From a virus (taxonomy: Duplodnaviria; Heunggongvirae; Uroviricota; Caudoviricetes): a stretch of DNA of 59,893 bases. Position numbers and translations under genes: made by a program. The first letter of the stretch is position 1. Each line of letters opens with the position of its first letter. The stretch is from IMG/VR virus record IMGVR_UViG_3300011399_000001, positions 64,001 to 123,893 of that record. One strand, 5' to 3'. The notes below the pieces were generated by a model that searched no databases, was not told where the DNA came from, and saw only the letters and a list, made by a program, of their open reading frames with translations. Shown piece after piece: positions 26,005 to 35,328 of this stretch.

Positions 26005-26369
26005 AGTTTCTCATTTAACAGTTTAAATGCTTTTTCTACGGCAGCCTTTTCAGCTTCTTTTCTATTTTTGAAAATTTCTGAATATCTAAAAACAGGACCT
26101 ATTAATAAGTCATTTATTTGATATTTAAATGATGCTGGCGCAAATACTCCAATACTAATATAAATTCCATTTTCATCAAATACATCAAATACCATCCTAG
26201 GTGCTTCTCCAACAATTTTAGCCAGCACTTCATCTGTTATTCCTTGTTCTCTTACATGTTCTCTAAAATCCTCTGGTAATGTTGCATCCAGAGATTCTAT
26301 TAGCTTTTCAAGGTAGTATTGCTTTACCACCTTTGCTGCTTTTGGAAACTTTTCTAATAATTCTAACAT
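26001..26369 (-). CDS. Hypothetical protein
   Basis: Track ORF, ATGA-coupled. Confidence 0.6.
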   Translation of the reverse strand: MLELLEKFPKAAKVVKQYYLEKLIESLDATLPEDFREHVREQGITDEVLAKIVGEAPRMVFDVFDENGIYISIGVFAPASFKYQINDLLIGPVFRYSEIFKNRKEAEKAAVEKAFKLLNEKL

Positions 26370-26905
26370 ACTTTTATTTTATCTAATTCTAATATTTCTT
26401 TATCATTCTCCCAACCTCTCCAAACCTCCATTTTATGGTCAAAATCAACACCAATTCTTTTTTCCCAATATTCAATCATATCTTCTGTTTTATTGAAAAT
26501 TCTATGTTGTAAAGACATTTTTTCTATACTTTTCTTTCCTTCCACTACTATTACACTCTTTGGGAATATTTCTTGGAATTCTTCTGAGGTTTTGGAATAT
26601 TGCCCTCTTTTTATAAGTTCAAAGTCCTTTCTAAATCTAGAATTTAGTTTATAAACTACAACAATAAACCCTCCTTCATAATCATAATCATCTATAAGGT
26701 CAGGTGTACGTTCATATTCATAGTCTAGGAAGTCCTTGAACTTATCAAGGTTTGTAGGCTTAAATAAGAGGTAAACCGAATTTTCATACTGTATGTCTCT
26801 CCTCTCATCCTTTATATATCCATTTAAAAAGTTATTATTTTTTAACCCTTCTTTACTAATCCCTAATGTAGGCACCATAAAGAGGCTTGTTATTGTCGCT
26901 TTCAT
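26363..26905 (-). CDS. Hypothetical phage protein
   Basis: Track ORF. Confidence 0.6.
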   Translation of the reverse strand: MKATITSLFMVPTLGISKEGLKNNNFLNGYIKDERRDIQYENSVYLLFKPTNLDKFKDFLDYEYERTPDLIDDYDYEGGFIVVVYKLNSRFRKDFELIKRGQYSKTSEEFQEIFPKSVIVVEGKKSIEKMSLQHRIFNKTEDMIEYWEKRIGVDFDHKMEVWRGWENDKEILELDKIKVC

Positions 26906-26906
26906 T

Positions 26907-27041
26907 TCAGTCTTTAAATTTTAAAATCACTCCCATCATTGGTATTGGAAAGAAATATAACCATTTTTTCTTATTATTCCAGAAGAATCCTATCCATATA
27001 TCATACCAAACAAATAAAAATTCTATTTTAACTTTCTCCAT
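26907..27041 (-). CDS. Small aromatic-rich protein (44 aa)
   Basis: Read manually: MEKVKIEFLFVWYDIWIGFFWNNKKKWLYFFPIPMMGVILKFKD. Confidence 0.55.
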   Translation of the reverse strand: MEKVKIEFLFVWYDIWIGFFWNNKKKWLYFFPIPMMGVILKFKD

Positions 27042-27064
27042 TTTTTTATGTTTACTATTTTATT

Positions 27065-27808
27065 TTATACTAATATTTCGTTTCTATTATTTCCATATTT
27101 CCAATAATAATTTTTATATGTTTTTCTAGTACCATTTATAGCTCTCCATATACTTGCTTGGGAACCTTTTATATATTCTGCTGCTATTGTGGGGCTATCG
27201 AATTTTTTTAATATAATTTGATTTTCATCCATCATCAATACATTATTCTTTCTTCTCTGTATTTTTACAGAATAATCTTTTTCAGGAATGTAGTCATTCT
27301 CATAAACAAATACATAACCTTTATTGTGTGCATATTTATCCCCTCTAGCACAAGCTGCTATCATACTGGCATTTAGAATAAGCTCTAATGAAGCATCTTT
27401 TACACTCCTAAATCTCTTTATAAATTTTCCATTTGTAGATAATGTAATAACAGGTTTCATTCTTTTTAGTGCAGATTTTTCCAGACTTATTTTGGCCATA
27501 GAGGGATTACCGTTTGGGTTTGTGGGTCTTATGTTGTATCCATATTTAGGATTGTGTGTATCTAACATATTACACCAATAGTTTTCCTCTGATAAGAGAT
27601 ATTTTTTCTTGCACTTTAATAATTTTTCGTATATAAAATTATTTTCACCATAAAGATTGAAGTCATCTTGTAAATTTTTACACGAATGTGTATTATATTT
27701 TAGTCTTGAAAAATGATTAAATTTTCTCATCCTTAAATCTTCTGTTTCTCCTACATATATTTTGTTATTTATCTTACAAGTGATTGTATAAATTCCTGAT
27801 TTACCCAT
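27065..27808 (-). mobile_element. GIY-YIG homing endonuclease with NUMOD1-like C-terminal repeats
   Basis: SGIYTITCKINNKIYVGET; F.S...A...L repeats. Confidence 0.9.
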
Positions 27809-27938
27809 TATTCACCTCCTTGATTAAAATAGATCTTATATATGAAGAAAGGCTAAATCCAAGTAATTTAGCCCTTTTTTGTAAATCTTCTTTAAATTCT
27901 TTGGTTACGCGAATTACAATATCTTTTTCTTTTATCAT
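27801..27938 (-). CDS. Ribbon-helix-helix DNA-binding protein (45 aa)
   Basis: Read manually: MIKEKDIVIRVTKEFKEDLQKRAKLLGFSLSSYIRSILIKEVNNG; beta strand-helix-G.S.S.YIR pattern. Confidence 0.7.
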   Translation of the reverse strand: MIKEKDIVIRVTKEFKEDLQKRAKLLGFSLSSYIRSILIKEVNNG

Positions 27939-27962
27939 AAGTTTATAATTTTAAATTTACTA

Positions 27963-27994
27963 CAAATATACTACGTTATTCTGGCATTTCCAAA
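27963..27994 (-). promoter_or_regulatory. Bacteroidota-type promoter for the RHH and GIY-YIG genes
   Basis: Minus strand TTTG, 20 nt, TATATTTG. Confidence 0.8.
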
Positions 27995-28007
27995 TTTTTA
28001 TGACTAT

Positions 28008-29057
28008 TTATTTTATTAAAGGTACGACTCCATTGTTAAGATAATTTTTCTTACTTATATTCCAAATATTATTATCTTTTGCAAATTTCAAGGCTTCTAT
28101 TGTGTCTTTTATTCCAGGATATTCTTTTCCATTGTATATAAATCCATTATAAAAATCATTCATATTATCAGAATTTAATGTATATATTAATGGAGAATAA
28201 TAATTTATAGAATCACATACGATAAATTTTGGATTTTCTACATTATAATATTCTAATTTTTCTCTTAACTTTAATTCTCTACATGCTTCTTTATACAAGT
28301 AAGCTTGAAAGTATGCTCTTCGATACATGAAGTACTCATTTACAAAATTTTCTACACTCCAAGTACACTTCAAATCATATACTTGAATACTCTTTTCTTT
28401 ATGATCTATAATTACAATATCCATCATACTTTTAAAAGGTAGTCCATCTATTTCATATCCCTCAACTTGATGTTGAATAAGTATATTATATCTATCACTG
28501 TTTACAAGATTTAAAATAGGAGCTGTAAATTCATTGGTTTTAAGCTCTTGTACAACCTTTTCAGCATTTGTAACATCATCAATTGTTACCACTGTAAGTC
28601 CTTTACTCCTAACCTCTCTTATTTCTTTATAGAAAATTTCAGCATCACTTCCTATAAATTTACCTAAAACAGCCTCTAATTTGATTTTAAATCCACTATC
28701 TATATAAGCCTGTTTTGCAATTTCTGCAAATTCCACATTAACATTCCCATTCTCATCAGTAGCTTCTGTAGTACGCTTATATAAAGCCTCCACAAAATCT
28801 CCCATAAGTCCTGTTGGAGCTTTAGTAACAGAAGACATATAAAATTTATCATCAAATTTATCCTTTTCCCATAATAGGAGCTCTACAAGCTGTCCTACAA
28901 CACTGGCTTTTGATTGTTCCTCATCCTCTACTTTTATTCCATCAATATAACGTTTTTTATATTTACGCCTATCCAGTGAAAATTCCTTCAATGAACTAGA
29001 GGAGTCCATGTCTACAGCTCTATATTGAGCTTCTGTTTTTGTTTTTCCTTCAATCAT
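28008..29057 (-). CDS. PD-(D/E)XK exonuclease
   Basis: FKSMMDIVIIDH...YDLKCT...YFQAYLY. Confidence 0.75.
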   Translation of the reverse strand: MIEGKTKTEAQYRAVDMDSSSSLKEFSLDRRKYKKRYIDGIKVEDEEQSKASVVGQLVELLLWEKDKFDDKFYMSSVTKAPTGLMGDFVEALYKRTTEATDENGNVNVEFAEIAKQAYIDSGFKIKLEAVLGKFIGSDAEIFYKEIREVRSKGLTVVTIDDVTNAEKVVQELKTNEFTAPILNLVNSDRYNILIQHQVEGYEIDGLPFKSMMDIVIIDHKEKSIQVYDLKCTWSVENFVNEYFMYRRAYFQAYLYKEACRELKLREKLEYYNVENPKFIVCDSINYYSPLIYTLNSDNMNDFYNGFIYNGKEYPGIKDTIEALKFAKDNNIWNISKKNYLNNGVVPLIK

Positions 29058-29215
29058 TTCTTTAGTTTTTTTAATGTGGCATCAATTTCACTAGCTAAAT
29101 CGTAACTATTATGAAAATCCAATGTTTTATACTTCTTATTAGGTACTTGATTTATGAAATAAACAGCATTTTCAAGAAGATTTATAATAACTTTATTTAA
29201 ATCTTTTTCGTCCAT
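29054..29215 (-). CDS. Small hypothetical protein (53 aa)
   Basis: Read manually: MDEKDLNKVIINLLENAVYF...LKKLKK; ATGA-coupled to the exonuclease. Confidence 0.5.
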   Translation of the reverse strand: MDEKDLNKVIINLLENAVYFINQVPNKKYKTLDFHNSYDLASEIDATLKKLKK

Positions 29216-29381
29216 ATTCTTTTACTTTATTTAATAAATCTTCTGTAAGGTTGATTTGAGCATTAAATCCATCTTTTCCCTCATCTGTACAACAGTCCCA
29301 TCTTCCATCTAATGCCATTTCAGCATCTTCTATAATCATTTCTAAATGACTAATAATTTCATCTACTAGTTTTTGTGTCAT
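29193..29381 (-). CDS. Hypothetical protein
   Basis: Track ORF. Confidence 0.5.
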   Translation of the reverse strand: MTQKLVDEIISHLEMIIEDAEMALDGRWDCCTDEGKDGFNAQINLTEDLLNKVKEYGRKRFK

Positions 29382-29382
29382 A

Positions 29383-29640
29383 TTAAAACTTTATATCTTT
29401 TAAATGCTCTTTTAAGAGGATTTCAGCACTAGAAAGAGGAAATCCTCTATTTTCCTTTTCTACTAATTTAAATGCTTCTCCTTCTTTAAAAAGAGCATCC
29501 ACTGTATATTCATATACTTGATCTTCTTCATCATTGTCATAATCATTTACGACAATATTTAAGGGGATATTTGATCCTATTGATTGAATCATTCCTCCTT
29601 CTAACACTATTAACACTTTAGGCTTTCCCATAATTTTCAA
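29383..29640 (-). CDS. Hypothetical protein
   Basis: Track ORF. Confidence 0.55.
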   Translation of the reverse strand: MKIMGKPKVLIVLEGGMIQSIGSNIPLNIVVNDYDNDEEDQVYEYTVDALFKEGEAFKLVEKENRGFPLSSAEILLKEHLKDIKF

Positions 29641-30103
29641 TAATTTTTTGATTTTCTAATTTTTCATGTTCAACATCATGGCAACTTTTTTTACCATTTC
29701 TGCTTATATTACACACCAACATTAATTTGTCCGAATCACAGAATAAATTTCTGACGAAATCTGCTAAATCTTCAAATCTAGTGAGTGTACCTGCTGGTAT
29801 TTTATGATGGACAGCCACTTCTGTACCCATAAAATGACCTTTGCACCCTTCACATACATATGTCCATTTTCTAAGCTTATTTGGTCCTATATAAGGTATT
29901 CTAGCTCTATTTCTACATGTAGCTATTGGCTTCCAATACATTGTTCTTTTTCTAAGAGCACTTCTTATCATTCCAAAGAATCCTACAGATGACATTGTTC
30001 CATCAGCAAAAGGTTTAATTTTAGCCTTTTTATTTGTTTTTACAGCTTTTTTTCTTTTTTTAGTAGGCCGTTTCACTACTTTTCTTCTATTTTTTCTTCC
30101 CAT
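29618..30103 (-). CDS. Zn-binding HNH endonuclease
   Basis: CEGC...VAVHHKIPAG...NLFC...L..VC...CH. Confidence 0.8.
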   Translation of the reverse strand: MGRKNRRKVVKRPTKKRKKAVKTNKKAKIKPFADGTMSSVGFFGMIRSALRKRTMYWKPIATCRNRARIPYIGPNKLRKWTYVCEGCKGHFMGTEVAVHHKIPAGTLTRFEDLADFVRNLFCDSDKLMLVCNISRNGKKSCHDVEHEKLENQKIIENYGKA

Positions 30104-30109
30104 AATAAT

Positions 30110-30153
30110 TAAAACTTGGACGCAAATATACGCCCAAGTTTTATAATAATCAA
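30110..30153 (-). promoter_or_regulatory. Promoter whose -7 element is the loop of an inverted repeat (also terminator-like after rIIB)
   Basis: Minus strand TTG, 20 nt, TATATTTG; AAAACTTGGGCG-TATATTTG-CGTCCAAGTTTT. Confidence 0.75.
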
Positions 30154-31535
30154 TCTAAAACAGCAATTCTTTTAGAGATAGTCTCTTTCATTTTCTCCAA
30201 ATCCCTGACAATATCTGTTATTTCATTAGAGGAGATATTAGACAAAGTAAATGTATGTCTTTTCACTTCTTCAGAAAACCCTCTTTTTACATGTTCTTCT
30301 AAATTTATAAGACATTGTTCTTCAAATACATCTCCTAGCTCTGAAACATCAAAATCCTCATCATCTAGAATGAATTGTTCATCTTCAGGAAGAGTCATTG
30401 CAAAGAACCATCTACATGTTCTTAACTTACCAACCTCATTTTTCGGAACTGCCAAAACATCCATTGGATTAATAATTACAAGAATAGGTGTATCACCAAA
30501 TCCACTATAATCATATTCCTTAGAAGCAGCATGATAACCTTTTGAGCAACTAATTCCATTATTATCATCTCCATCATTCCTAGGCATAGATTCTGTCTTT
30601 CCTACACGATAATCTTCATTTCCTGTATGAGCAGATGTATATGTGTTCTCTTGCATATTAGGAAGATTTAAGTATAATTCTTGTAAATTTCCATAACTTG
30701 TAGCAGCTTCTTCACCTTCTAATACAGGTTGACCTTTAGAAAATAAAAATTCTCCTGAGTCAAATGGAGATTTTTTCCACACTGTATAATCAGATGGCTT
30801 CTTTTTCCAAACAGCCTTCACTTTATTATAAGCATTACTAATGAATTCTACTAATTCTTTGTTTTTACCTCCCTTACTAACCACTCTTCTGTAAGCATAA
30901 AAATTCCCATGTTTATCAATTTTGAATTGGTGATATGTTAAGAACTCATACAAATCTTCAGCAGATTGAGCATTGGGGTTTAGACAACACTTTAACCAAA
31001 ACTTCTTAAGTGATTGATATTCAGTAGATTGAATATTTTCTGCTTTTCCTATAACTTCAGCAAATTTCTCTACTAAAAGCTTAGGAATACTCCTTTTAAC
31101 TCCCTTAAGATAAATAGAACCATTTATTTCCTGAAAATCAGCTACAGATTTTAAAATTTCAATTCCTTTAATGACGTTTTTTATTTTCTCATCTTCTGAC
31201 TCTTTTGCTTTTACTTCTTTTTGTCCTTCAGAAGAAGGGGCTATTTTCAGTAATTCCTCTTCTGTTTTAGCTTGTCTGGCTTTTTGAAAATCTGCTTCTG
31301 TAGCACTTGGTCTGGAAATCACACTTCCGTCATTTAAGACAATTGTTAGAACATTGTTCACAAACTTCAGTTTTACATAAGGTTTTTGTTCTACTTGTAT
31401 AAAAGGTGTTAGAAAAGGACGTTCTTCTAAACATTGTTTCTGAAATTTTATTTCATTCTCTATTTTTAGAGCGTCTAGCTCTTTTTCTTTTTCTGATTTA
31501 AATACATCTTTAAACCATTTTAATGATATTCCCAT
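30150..31535 (-). CDS. rIIB-like protein
   Basis: LYEFL...F.I...GNFYAYR.V...D.N..ISCS.GYH...INPMDV.AVP...KLR.C motifs; downstream of the rIIA-like gene. Confidence 0.8.
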   Translation of the reverse strand: MGISLKWFKDVFKSEKEKELDALKIENEIKFQKQCLEERPFLTPFIQVEQKPYVKLKFVNNVLTIVLNDGSVISRPSATEADFQKARQAKTEEELLKIAPSSEGQKEVKAKESEDEKIKNVIKGIEILKSVADFQEINGSIYLKGVKRSIPKLLVEKFAEVIGKAENIQSTEYQSLKKFWLKCCLNPNAQSAEDLYEFLTYHQFKIDKHGNFYAYRRVVSKGGKNKELVEFISNAYNKVKAVWKKKPSDYTVWKKSPFDSGEFLFSKGQPVLEGEEAATSYGNLQELYLNLPNMQENTYTSAHTGNEDYRVGKTESMPRNDGDDNNGISCSKGYHAASKEYDYSGFGDTPILVIINPMDVLAVPKNEVGKLRTCRWFFAMTLPEDEQFILDDEDFDVSELGDVFEEQCLINLEEHVKRGFSEEVKRHTFTLSNISSNEITDIVRDLEKMKETISKRIAVLD

Positions 31536-31539
31536 AATT

Positions 31540-33807
31540 TTATATTTTTTCTTCGTTTATCGGTAGGCTGTAATTTTTCCAGTCTATCCTTTGTTTATAA
31601 TATTTACATAAATCCTTAATTGCATTCACTGTAGCAGGTTCTAAATCAGTAGAATAATACCCAAATTTAAGCAAAGGATTCAAGAAAGTCAACTTATCTA
31701 GGATAAATTTTACCTCTTTATACTTATAATGTGGAATGGGATCAAATAGCTCTTTTTCTTTAGCAAGTTCAATAATCCCCTTCCATAACTCTTCATCTCC
31801 CTCTAAATAATACTCGTTCTTGTACTTTTTAAGAGCTTGTAATTTATCAAATAAAGGAGTAGAAATCTGTGCTATTACGTCTATTTTATCAAATACATTG
31901 GGAAACTCCTCCTTTAGTTCATTTATTAAATAAGCTGTAGCAGCCCTCCTAACGATTTTATGCTTTCCTTTTGAAAACTCTTCCATATGTAACCAATTGT
32001 GTAATTCTACGTCTTTTAATCTTTTTAGATCTCTTTCAGAAAACATCACAAACCTCACCTTGTTTTTATTGAATATTGTGAAATATTTGTCAAATGTTTC
32101 ATTTAGTTCCATTCCTCCATATACAGTGAATATTTTGTCTTTATGAGCATCCTTCATTTGAAAGACTGTAGCCTCAAATTTACAATTTTGATCCCTGACA
32201 TACCTTTCAAGGGTTTTAGCCATTTTACCCGTCACCTCTCCTACAAGTTTCTTTCTTCTTGTCTTGGGAGTTAAAGTACCTGTTTGTAGCTTTGTCTTCT
32301 TTTTCCCATCCACCCATGTTTGAGGGATAACCAGTTTGTCTAAATCAATGAATTTTGATGTCAATAGTTGTTGCACATGTTGAAATTCTTTAATTCTCTG
32401 TCTCCATTCACTTTTAGGGAATTTAGGAAGTTGTAAAATACTAATGTAGTCATCTGGTTTTCTTGATGCATAATTGAGCATTTTCCCTAATTTCAGTTCC
32501 CTCTCCTTTCTTACAAAATAGAGGTCTTCTGTTCTAGTATCTCTAATATAATCCTTTTGTTGCTTCTTTATATCGCTGAAAACATATATTTTGGTATTCT
32601 TAGATTGATCATAAGTGAATATTCTATACCAATTACTTTTATCCATAGCTTTAAACCTAGAGCTATATCTCCTTACCTCATATTTCTTATCATATTCTGA
32701 TAATAAATTATCTTTCATATGATATAAACGCTGTAAATCAATAAGGTCCACCCCCTTCAATTTAGGAGAAGCTAATTTTATATTAGAATATGGCAACAAA
32801 TTATTGACATCCCAACCATTTCCATCATAACCTGTTATATACCTTGCACTACTTCTGAAATAGCCAAAAATAGCCTCCAAATCATCACTATCTTTTACCC
32901 CTTCATTGTATTTCTCAATAAAATAATCAGACACCTTTTTGATTTTATCAAGGATGATTTTCTTTGCATCAGGAGTATATTTTATAGTTTCTCTATTTGG
33001 TAGAGGAAATACTCCATCTGATAATGAAAATCTTAAGCCAATAGGAAAATATATGCTTCCTATCCCCAATTTATTAAAATCAATGGGATAATAGACATTA
33101 TCCAGACATATATGCATATATTGATTGTTACATATGGGACTCCATTGGAAATCAGTATGTCTTACAATTGTAAAATCATTTTTAACTTCTGGTCCACAAT
33201 CAAAATAGACACTCTCAAAATAAGCTAATTGTTCCTTAATTTTCTGAATAAAGGAGTTTCTATCAGCCCATTTAACAGGAACAATGATTTTTACACCATT
33301 TCTCTCTGTTGTCTTGGTTTCATGCAGAAGGTCAATTTTATTCTGTTCTTCCTCAGCTTCATAAAGCATCCATTTTCTCTCAACCCCTCCTTTTCTTCCT
33401 ATAAAATAGAAAGAGGAAGTATAAGCCAAGGGACTCTTAAAACCTAAACCAAAGGCTCCTAATTGATTTACTGATTGTCTTTTTGTAGATTTTCCATACT
33501 TTTTAATGACATTCTCTACGTCCTGGTCATCCATTCCACAACCAAAATCTTCTACAGAAAATTCATAATTCCCATCTTTATTCTGTTTGAATGCTACAAC
33601 TATAGGGTCTGTCACCCCACATTCTCTATGGGAGTCTAGGGCATTAGAAGCAGTTTCTCGTATTAAGCTCCCTATAGCATCCGCATAGAACTTACTAAGC
33701 ATTCTCATGAGAAAAATATGGCTTTCAGCATCAATTTCCATATTTGTGCTACCCTTAACTTCTCCTTCCTCCAGTACTACTCCTTCACTTTGTGTCTCAA
33801 GAATCAT
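31540..33807 (-). CDS. rIIA-like protein (GHKL/HSP90-like ATPase N-domain)
   Basis: IRETASNALDSH, VEDFGCGM, KYGKSTK, LGAFGLGFKSPLAY. Confidence 0.85.
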   Translation of the reverse strand: MILETQSEGVVLEEGEVKGSTNMEIDAESHIFLMRMLSKFYADAIGSLIRETASNALDSHRECGVTDPIVVAFKQNKDGNYEFSVEDFGCGMDDQDVENVIKKYGKSTKRQSVNQLGAFGLGFKSPLAYTSSFYFIGRKGGVERKWMLYEAEEEQNKIDLLHETKTTERNGVKIIVPVKWADRNSFIQKIKEQLAYFESVYFDCGPEVKNDFTIVRHTDFQWSPICNNQYMHICLDNVYYPIDFNKLGIGSIYFPIGLRFSLSDGVFPLPNRETIKYTPDAKKIILDKIKKVSDYFIEKYNEGVKDSDDLEAIFGYFRSSARYITGYDGNGWDVNNLLPYSNIKLASPKLKGVDLIDLQRLYHMKDNLLSEYDKKYEVRRYSSRFKAMDKSNWYRIFTYDQSKNTKIYVFSDIKKQQKDYIRDTRTEDLYFVRKERELKLGKMLNYASRKPDDYISILQLPKFPKSEWRQRIKEFQHVQQLLTSKFIDLDKLVIPQTWVDGKKKTKLQTGTLTPKTRRKKLVGEVTGKMAKTLERYVRDQNCKFEATVFQMKDAHKDKIFTVYGGMELNETFDKYFTIFNKNKVRFVMFSERDLKRLKDVELHNWLHMEEFSKGKHKIVRRAATAYLINELKEEFPNVFDKIDVIAQISTPLFDKLQALKKYKNEYYLEGDEELWKGIIELAKEKELFDPIPHYKYKEVKFILDKLTFLNPLLKFGYYSTDLEPATVNAIKDLCKYYKQRIDWKNYSLPINEEKI

Positions 33808-33985
33808 ATTTTTCTAATTGTTTAACCAAATCTGATATAATATCCATTGCTGTTGAGGTTTCTAAAGCTTCGTTTCTTCCTTGTACCATCCAATATTTAC
33901 ATTCTTCTACAATACTATCTACATCAAATAGCAGAGAAGGATGTTCCTCTTTTGTTTTGTTTGCTAATTTTAATAATTCTTCCAT
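33797..33985 (-). CDS. Hypothetical protein
   Basis: Track ORF. Confidence 0.5.
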   Translation of the reverse strand: MEELLKLANKTKEEHPSLLFDVDSIVEECKYWMVQGRNEALETSTAMDIISDLVKQLEKYDS

Positions 33986-34134
33986 TTTATTTAAATATTT
34001 TTTCCATTACATTTTTAAACCCATAATTATGATTATAATCTGGTGTTATAGGCCATATTTGTAAATATACAGTAATTCCTAAACATATACATATCCACCA
34101 GATAGCAAGGACGTATAATAATCTATCGAAACTT

Positions 34135-34476
34135 TTAGACTCTTTGCTCCATTCTATGTTCTTCGTAATGATCTTTTTCGGTTTTAACTTCCAAATTCCA
34201 CCAGTAATTATTCCGTCTATCTCTATCTTTATGATGAACATCCATATTAAAGCAATCAGCCACGAAAGCGTAAGCAACCATTCTGTGTACCCAGGCATAA
34301 TATTCTTGTTTATTTTTATACATTCTACATCTGAGATATTTATCTCTAGAAGGCTTTAAATTAAGCCTTTTTCCTCTTTTATTGTACAAAGAACCATCGT
34401 CACAAATAATTCTATTTGGGTATTTATCTAGTGTTTTAAATCTCCATTCTGTTGTCATATGAAATGTTGAGGACAA
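34135..34476 (-). mobile_element. HNH homing endonuclease
   Basis: VHRMVAYAF...VHHKDRDRRNN...NLE. Confidence 0.85.
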
Positions 34477-34646
34477 GCATCATCCTTCCAATTAATCTTA
34501 TTTTCTGGCTTTTTATAAACTCTATATCTGTATCTATGCTCTTTTCCGCATAAAACACAAGCATAAATGTCTTCTACATACCAGTATGTTTGTTTAGAAG
34601 GGAGCTTCTTCTTCAATTTCTTCAACCCATTTGATTGTATATTCAT
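34455..34646 (-). CDS. Small Cys-containing hypothetical protein
   Basis: CVLCG...C; true start uncertain. Confidence 0.4.
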   Translation of the reverse strand: MNIQSNGLKKLKKKLPSKQTYWYVEDIYACVLCGKEHRYRYRVYKKPENKINWKDDACPQHFI

Positions 34647-35328
34647 TGTTTTCCTTGATTATTTGATTAACCTTCTTAAATACACCTTTTGTATCCCAGT
34701 CTTGTGTAATTCTAGCAGCATAAGCAGGGTGATCTAAGACAAATGAATGTGTAAATGGTGTTACATACCTTTGAAATTTGCCAGCTTCTTTTCCTAAAAA
34801 CACAATAGGAATCCCTGTATACCCCAAAACTTCCTCTATTACATATTTTGTAAAAGGTTCCCAAATTTCTAAATGCGAGCCTGCTTTCCCAAATTCTGTT
34901 GTAAGGGCTGCATTGAATAACAGCACTCCTTGTTTAGCCAAATATGACAAATCAGGTGTTCTTTTTAGGTTTAAGTTAAGTCCATTATACAGTTCATTTT
35001 CTAGTCCCTCATAGAATTTCTCTAATGAGGGCTGTAAACTACCAGAAATACTGCAAGATAAGGCCAAACCGTCTGCTATCAGAATGCCACTCTTTGCAGA
35101 ATGGTAGGGACATAAGCCCATTATTACCACTTTACATTCGTCTAACGGAGTCTCTAGAAATGCCCTATAAGTAAGAGAGGAGATAGGGGCAATTTTCTTA
35201 CCCCTTCTTCCTTCAGCTTTTAAAAAGTCATAAATAGCATCACATTCCTTGCTCTCTATAAATGGCTTCATTTTCCCCCACCATGAGGGATGGAAATTAT
35301 TCTTGAACTTCTCCCACTGCATTTTCAA
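34594..35328 (-). CDS. ung: Uracil-DNA glycosylase family 1-like protein with atypical active site
   Basis: KVVIMGLCPYH (canonical GQDPYH), ADGLALS, PSL, LAKQGVLLFNAALT, HL.IWEPFT, HP. Confidence 0.85.
   Translation of the reverse strand: MKMQWEKFKNNFHPSWWGKMKPFIESKECDAIYDFLKAEGRRGKKIAPISSLTYRAFLETPLDECKVVIMGLCPYHSAKSGILIADGLALSCSISGSLQPSLEKFYEGLENELYNGLNLNLKRTPDLSYLAKQGVLLFNAALTTEFGKAGSHLEIWEPFTKYVIEEVLGYTGIPIVFLGKEAGKFQRYVTPFTHSFVLDHPAYAARITQDWDTKGVFKKVNQIIKENNEYTIKWVEEIEEEAPF

Noticed and set aside
33987-34298. 103-aa membrane-like ORF overlapping the HNH gene by about 160 nt
   Set aside because: The 3' half may be a real small gene, but no convincing start is visible outside the HNH overlap; not called.
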